Assembly: GCA_937139035.1 (NCBI GenBank)
Contig: CAKZPK010000024.1
Span: 3,625-67,624 of the forward strand
Direction of reading: 5' to 3'
Source of the DNA: an uncultured Crocinitomix sp.
GTDB taxonomy: Bacteria > Bacteroidota > Bacteroidia > Flavobacteriales_D > Crocinitomicaceae
DNA: 64,000 nt
Below the pieces are notes generated by a model. It saw only the letters and a program-made list of their open reading frames with translations. It did not search any database and was not told where the DNA came from. Both the position numbers and the translations under genes were made by a program. Below are positions 60,698-64,000 of the stretch, in pieces. The first letter of the stretch is position 1. The number at the start of each line of letters is the position of its first letter.

Positions 60698-61162
60698 TTA
60701 ACGACTTTCAAACTGATCGCTAACCTCTTCAAGTCCTTCATTGAGCTTTTCAAAATCATCCTTGAGACCAGCTGCAAAATCTTCCTCTGTGATTCCTTGC
60801 TCTTTTAATAATCGACGCTTATACTCAAGAACATCACAGGTATTTGAATATTCTTCAAAACCATCTTTTTTAGCGTTCTCACTTATTGCCTGGGCAAAAG
60901 GGTTCTCCTTCATCTCATCTTGAGGAAACACCATCATATAGGTAAACAGATACTCGCCAATTAAAACCATTTCAACTTCGGTATAAAGGGTTGAATCCAT
61001 TTCGTTTGATACATTTTTCGCGGTTTCGGGAGTGAATTCAACACAACGATCAATTACTTCTTCCTGAATCACTTCATTAATTTGTTCAGGGCTATCTGTT
61101 GTAGTTTCAGAATTGCAACTAGCTAACAGGGTTAATGTTAATAGGTAAATTACTTTTTTCAT
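60698..61162 (-). CDS. Prophage lipoprotein
   Basis: MKKVIYLLTLTLLASC lipobox; acidic body. Confidence 0.7.
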   Translation of the reverse strand: MKKVIYLLTLTLLASCNSETTTDSPEQINEVIQEEVIDRCVEFTPETAKNVSNEMDSTLYTEVEMVLIGEYLFTYMMVFPQDEMKENPFAQAISENAKKDGFEEYSNTCDVLEYKRRLLKEQGITEEDFAAGLKDDFEKLNEGLEEVSDQFESR

Positions 61163-61184
61163 CTTTTGATTTTTTTGTTTAAAA

Positions 61185-61445
61185 TTAGAATATTTTGGAC
61201 TTAAATGTTTCAATTATTTCCTGATATTTTGATTCACTGATCTCAATAATGTCAGTCGTTGCTACGAACTCTTCAAAATGAATATCTTTGAATTTGAATT
61301 TTTTGATTGATCGTGATTCTGTATAGGTTGATTCTCGAAAGTGAAAGTGTGTCATATCCTTTTTTTCAGTATCATACATTACAAGGTCTTCAATAATCAT
61401 CTTTTCCTTAGCATGTTCCTCGATTTGGTGATAGTAAATAAGCAT
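61185..61445 (-). CDS. Phage hypothetical protein
   Basis: 86-aa ORF. Confidence 0.5.
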   Translation of the reverse strand: MLIYYHQIEEHAKEKMIIEDLVMYDTEKKDMTHFHFRESTYTESRSIKKFKFKDIHFEEFVATTDIIEISESKYQEIIETFKSKIF

Positions 61446-61536
61446 AATATAAATTTATCTTTTTTGTAATAGTTGCATTCAATTTTTTGCTGAGTGCTTA
61501 ATTGAAACTGCCGAATTGTTGTTTTTATGCTCCCAA

Positions 61537-61569
61537 TTTGGTAGGGAACTCTTATTGATCCCTACCAAA
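61537..61569. terminator. Hairpin downstream of the repeat-protein gene
   Basis: TTTGGTAGGGA/TCCCTACCAAA 11-bp stem; weak U-tract. Confidence 0.5.
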
Positions 61570-61582
61570 AATGGAAATTAGT

Positions 61583-62731
61583 TTATCCAGCTTTTATACC
61601 CAAAGCCTCATTAATTTGAGTTAATGTATATGGCTTTGCATTTTTTGCCGTTTTCTTCTTTAATCCGGCAGCGTACGCCTCTGCAAGTAAGTTTTCGTAA
61701 CTGTGATCCAATTCACGAAGTTCCTCAACGGTTTTTTCGCCTTCCAAATAGCCAGCTTCAGCATGGCCGGTTTTGGTTAGCTTATCCAACAGCAGCTCTT
61801 TTTCTTTTAAAGTATCCTCATACTCTTGAATAAAGTTCCGGATCATTTGTATGGTGATATCATCTTCTTCTAATGCTTGGAACCCGATCTCTTTAGCTGA
61901 TGCCAATTCTTGATCAAACTCATTCAGCATTTCATCCATTTGTTGAACAGTGACATCATTTTTCAGTTCATATCCGTATGCAATTAACACAGTTTTCTTT
62001 CCATCCGCATCTAAATTGTAGACCACTAAATCCTGTATTTTAGGAGGATTATCATCATCAATGTTAAGACCATACTTTCGTGCTGATTCTAATTTCTCGT
62101 TGTATCCAATACTAAATGATTCTAATTGATCAAATGTAGGATTCGGAGGTAATTTAAACCCTAAGCTGTTAAAATCACCAAGCACCGTATTAAATTTTGT
62201 GATTAATTCATTCAATTGCTCAATTGTTGGAGGGATAGTGTTATTATCATATTCTACTCCATACCCTTTCACTTGCTCCAATTTGGAATTGTACTCGGCT
62301 TCCATATCCTGCAAATTTTGCTCTGTGAAATTTTCGGCCAATTCGAATCCCATATCCTTTATTCTTTTCACTAAAGTGTCCATGACAACATTAGAAAGGT
62401 CTTCAGGATTATCTGTTGATTCAAAATCATGCACGATATTCCCGTTGAAAAACTTCCACTTACCTGTCGTATTATCTTCGACTGATTCGTGAGGAACGTT
62501 CAATCTCGAAATGGTACCGGTACCGTGATGGAATGAGTCACTCACTCCTTGATTATCGACAAATACTGTGAGGTTATAAGAGCCATCAGCTTTACCTTGT
62601 CTGACAATAACAGCTGGACATTCTTTTGGGACGGAATGTACGCCCATTTCCCGTGAGTCTTTCCCAGGGTTTGATTCATAAGTTACCATTGATCCGATCA
62701 TCAGCTTCAATGATTGTTGTTCGTTTGCCAT
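61583..62731 (-). CDS. Phage protein with SH3-like N-terminus and ~8 tandem ~30-aa helical repeats
   Basis: Repeats of the form (K/S)(Y/L/M/I)G(F/L/V/Y)...(P/I/V)T..Q(L/M)....(E)(Y/F). Confidence 0.65.
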   Translation of the reverse strand: MANEQQSLKLMIGSMVTYESNPGKDSREMGVHSVPKECPAVIVRQGKADGSYNLTVFVDNQGVSDSFHHGTGTISRLNVPHESVEDNTTGKWKFFNGNIVHDFESTDNPEDLSNVVMDTLVKRIKDMGFELAENFTEQNLQDMEAEYNSKLEQVKGYGVEYDNNTIPPTIEQLNELITKFNTVLGDFNSLGFKLPPNPTFDQLESFSIGYNEKLESARKYGLNIDDDNPPKIQDLVVYNLDADGKKTVLIAYGYELKNDVTVQQMDEMLNEFDQELASAKEIGFQALEEDDITIQMIRNFIQEYEDTLKEKELLLDKLTKTGHAEAGYLEGEKTVEELRELDHSYENLLAEAYAAGLKKKTAKNAKPYTLTQINEALGIKAG

Positions 62732-62742
62732 CTTTCTTTGTT

Positions 62743-62934
62743 TTAGGCTTGTGCAGTACAATCCCCACTACACTTAGGGCATAAGACTTTGACCTCAATT
62801 ATGTTTTTAAACATTTGATTTAACTCTAATAGGTCTGATACTTTTACTATTTCTGAACGAGTAATAAAATCACCATCAAGCATTGCATGAGGCGCATCAA
62901 TCCATTCCTGATGTTTTATGAATACTGTTATCAT
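62743..62934 (-). CDS. Small phage hypothetical protein with C-terminal CxxC
   Basis: ATGA overlap with the upstream gene; CPKC. Confidence 0.45.
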   Translation of the reverse strand: MITVFIKHQEWIDAPHAMLDGDFITRSEIVKVSDLLELNQMFKNIIEVKVLCPKCSGDCTAQA

Positions 62935-63422
62935 TTTGAAATTCTTAATTGAGGTGCGACATATTTAACTCCAGCTATTTTGAAAAGATCTTCTTCCTCA
63001 AGTACTGGAACTATTTGACCTTTGTAAGTCAATTGGCCATCTACACTTTTATATCCGTTTTTAACCCATCCCTGCGCTAATACAAAGTGAGAATAGTCTG
63101 CGCTGCCAGTTCGAATTGCGTAGATTAATCCCCAGTTTTCTTTCTTTGCAAAAAACAAATCAAGTTTAATTCCTTCAGGAAGTATCCGCTGCGTGTATTT
63201 ACATGGAAGTTCACCTTTTACCTTTTCCCATTGATTAATGATTGGAGCAATACCTGAAGAAAACAATCCAGTTTCATAAGGTTTGGGAATTGCCACAATT
63301 TCAATGTCTTTTACATAAGGTTTTTGTCTGCGAATGCTGCCCGCAATTTCAATCCGATCGCAATGTGGTTCTAGTACGGATTTTACTTGTAATGCTATTT
63401 TAAGCGCCTCTTGATATTTCAT
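62931..63422 (-). CDS. Minimal X-family (Pol beta-like) DNA polymerase / nucleotidyltransferase
   Basis: IAGSIRR, KDIEIV, KLDLF, RTGSADYS, EEEDLF..AG..Y..P..R. Confidence 0.82.
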   Translation of the reverse strand: MKYQEALKIALQVKSVLEPHCDRIEIAGSIRRQKPYVKDIEIVAIPKPYETGLFSSGIAPIINQWEKVKGELPCKYTQRILPEGIKLDLFFAKKENWGLIYAIRTGSADYSHFVLAQGWVKNGYKSVDGQLTYKGQIVPVLEEEDLFKIAGVKYVAPQLRISK

Positions 63423-63459
63423 TATTGTATTTATATCTAGCCAAAACTTCACTCATTGA

Positions 63460-63702
63460 TTAGTTTTGGCTGTGTTTGTGAATAGATCCTTTTGCGTTTT
63501 GGTTTTCAAACATGTTGATTTTGTGGAGGCCGAGCTGCTTGTTTAGCATTCTTTGATCTTTGTTGTACAGGTATTTGCCGAATACGGCCCAAACCTCATG
63601 TTCAACATGTGAACCAGGTATCTTATTCCAAATGGGAATGTCACGCTCAAGCAGATCCTCTTTAATGTCCTGAAGGGCAATATGTGCTGGATTAGTACTC
63701 AT
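63460..63702 (-). CDS. Phage hypothetical protein
   Basis: 80-aa ORF coupled to the upstream gene. Confidence 0.5.
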   Translation of the reverse strand: MSTNPAHIALQDIKEDLLERDIPIWNKIPGSHVEHEVWAVFGKYLYNKDQRMLNKQLGLHKINMFENQNAKGSIHKHSQN

Positions 63703-64000
63703 TAGTTATTCCAGCGTTGTTGGTTCAAGTAAGTTTCAGGATTCAACTTTTGAACATTGGGATTCATAAATAAATATTTATTGTAGGTTCTGATATTCTC
63801 AATAGCCTTCATCTTTTCTGCATCAGGTAACGCATCCCAAAGTCTCATAGCTCGTTGTTTGTTTCCCACTTTGTTGGCATACTTGTTCCAAAAAATGGTA
63901 AATGAAATATCTTCACTGACTTGGATCACCTTTACATATTTTAGCATTTTCCATTTTTCAAGCCTGGACAAAGTGAAAGGAAACCTATCGAATAAGAATT
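63702..64000 (-). CDS. Phage early-region protein (partial; runs off the right edge)
   Basis: Frame open to the window edge; F..FW..Y..KVG.K..A...W..L and PETYLN...W motifs. Confidence 0.65.
   Translation of the reverse strand, partial: FLFDRFPFTLSRLEKWKMLKYVKVIQVSEDISFTIFWNKYANKVGNKQRAMRLWDALPDAEKMKAIENIRTYNKYLFMNPNVQKLNPETYLNQQRWNN

Larger units (their letters stand above)
39282..64000. mobile_element. Mu-like transposable prophage (contractile tail); the methylase end is in the window and the early region continues past the right edge
   Basis: Terminal direct repeats, methylase at the mom position, DUF935-type portal, MuF, gpG, gp36-like, sheath, baseplate; no transposase within the window. 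Confidence 0.9.

Noticed and set aside
1196..62492. Many 60-135 aa ORF-track entries antisense to or nested in long genes
   Set aside because: Shadow ORFs of well-supported CDSs, with no motifs or independent signals

Overview
AT-rich Bacteroidota (Flavobacteriia-like) chromosomal window. Evidence for this assignment: TAnnTTTG promoters, T9SS C-terminal sorting domains, and no Shine-Dalgarno bias. Host part (1 to ~39280): two possible effector-like ORFs, lipoproteins, an S37 peptidase, an HDAC-family gene split by a single in-frame TAG, rtcB with a perfect upstream palindrome, a TPR/transglutaminase protein, an MFS transporter, three large T9SS cargo proteins, ALDH7, a GT-C glycosyltransferase and a run of small accessory genes. 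Prophage part (~39282 to the window end): a Mu-like (transposable, contractile-tailed) prophage with terminal direct repeats, a Dam-like methylase, and baseplate, tail, lysis, capsid, terminase, portal, MuF and early genes. Most striking signal: a textbook -1 frameshift cassette (C CCT TTC, a 5-nt spacer, then a GC-rich hairpin) at the end of the portal gene. It opens into the MuF frame and predicts a portal-MuF-(nuclease-like domain) fusion, and a convergently promoted small structured RNA sits right behind it. A second, pseudoknotted candidate RNA lies behind the methylase, and a tail-chaperone -1 frameshift is also visible. All protein calls come from motif recognition by eye; no database searches were run.
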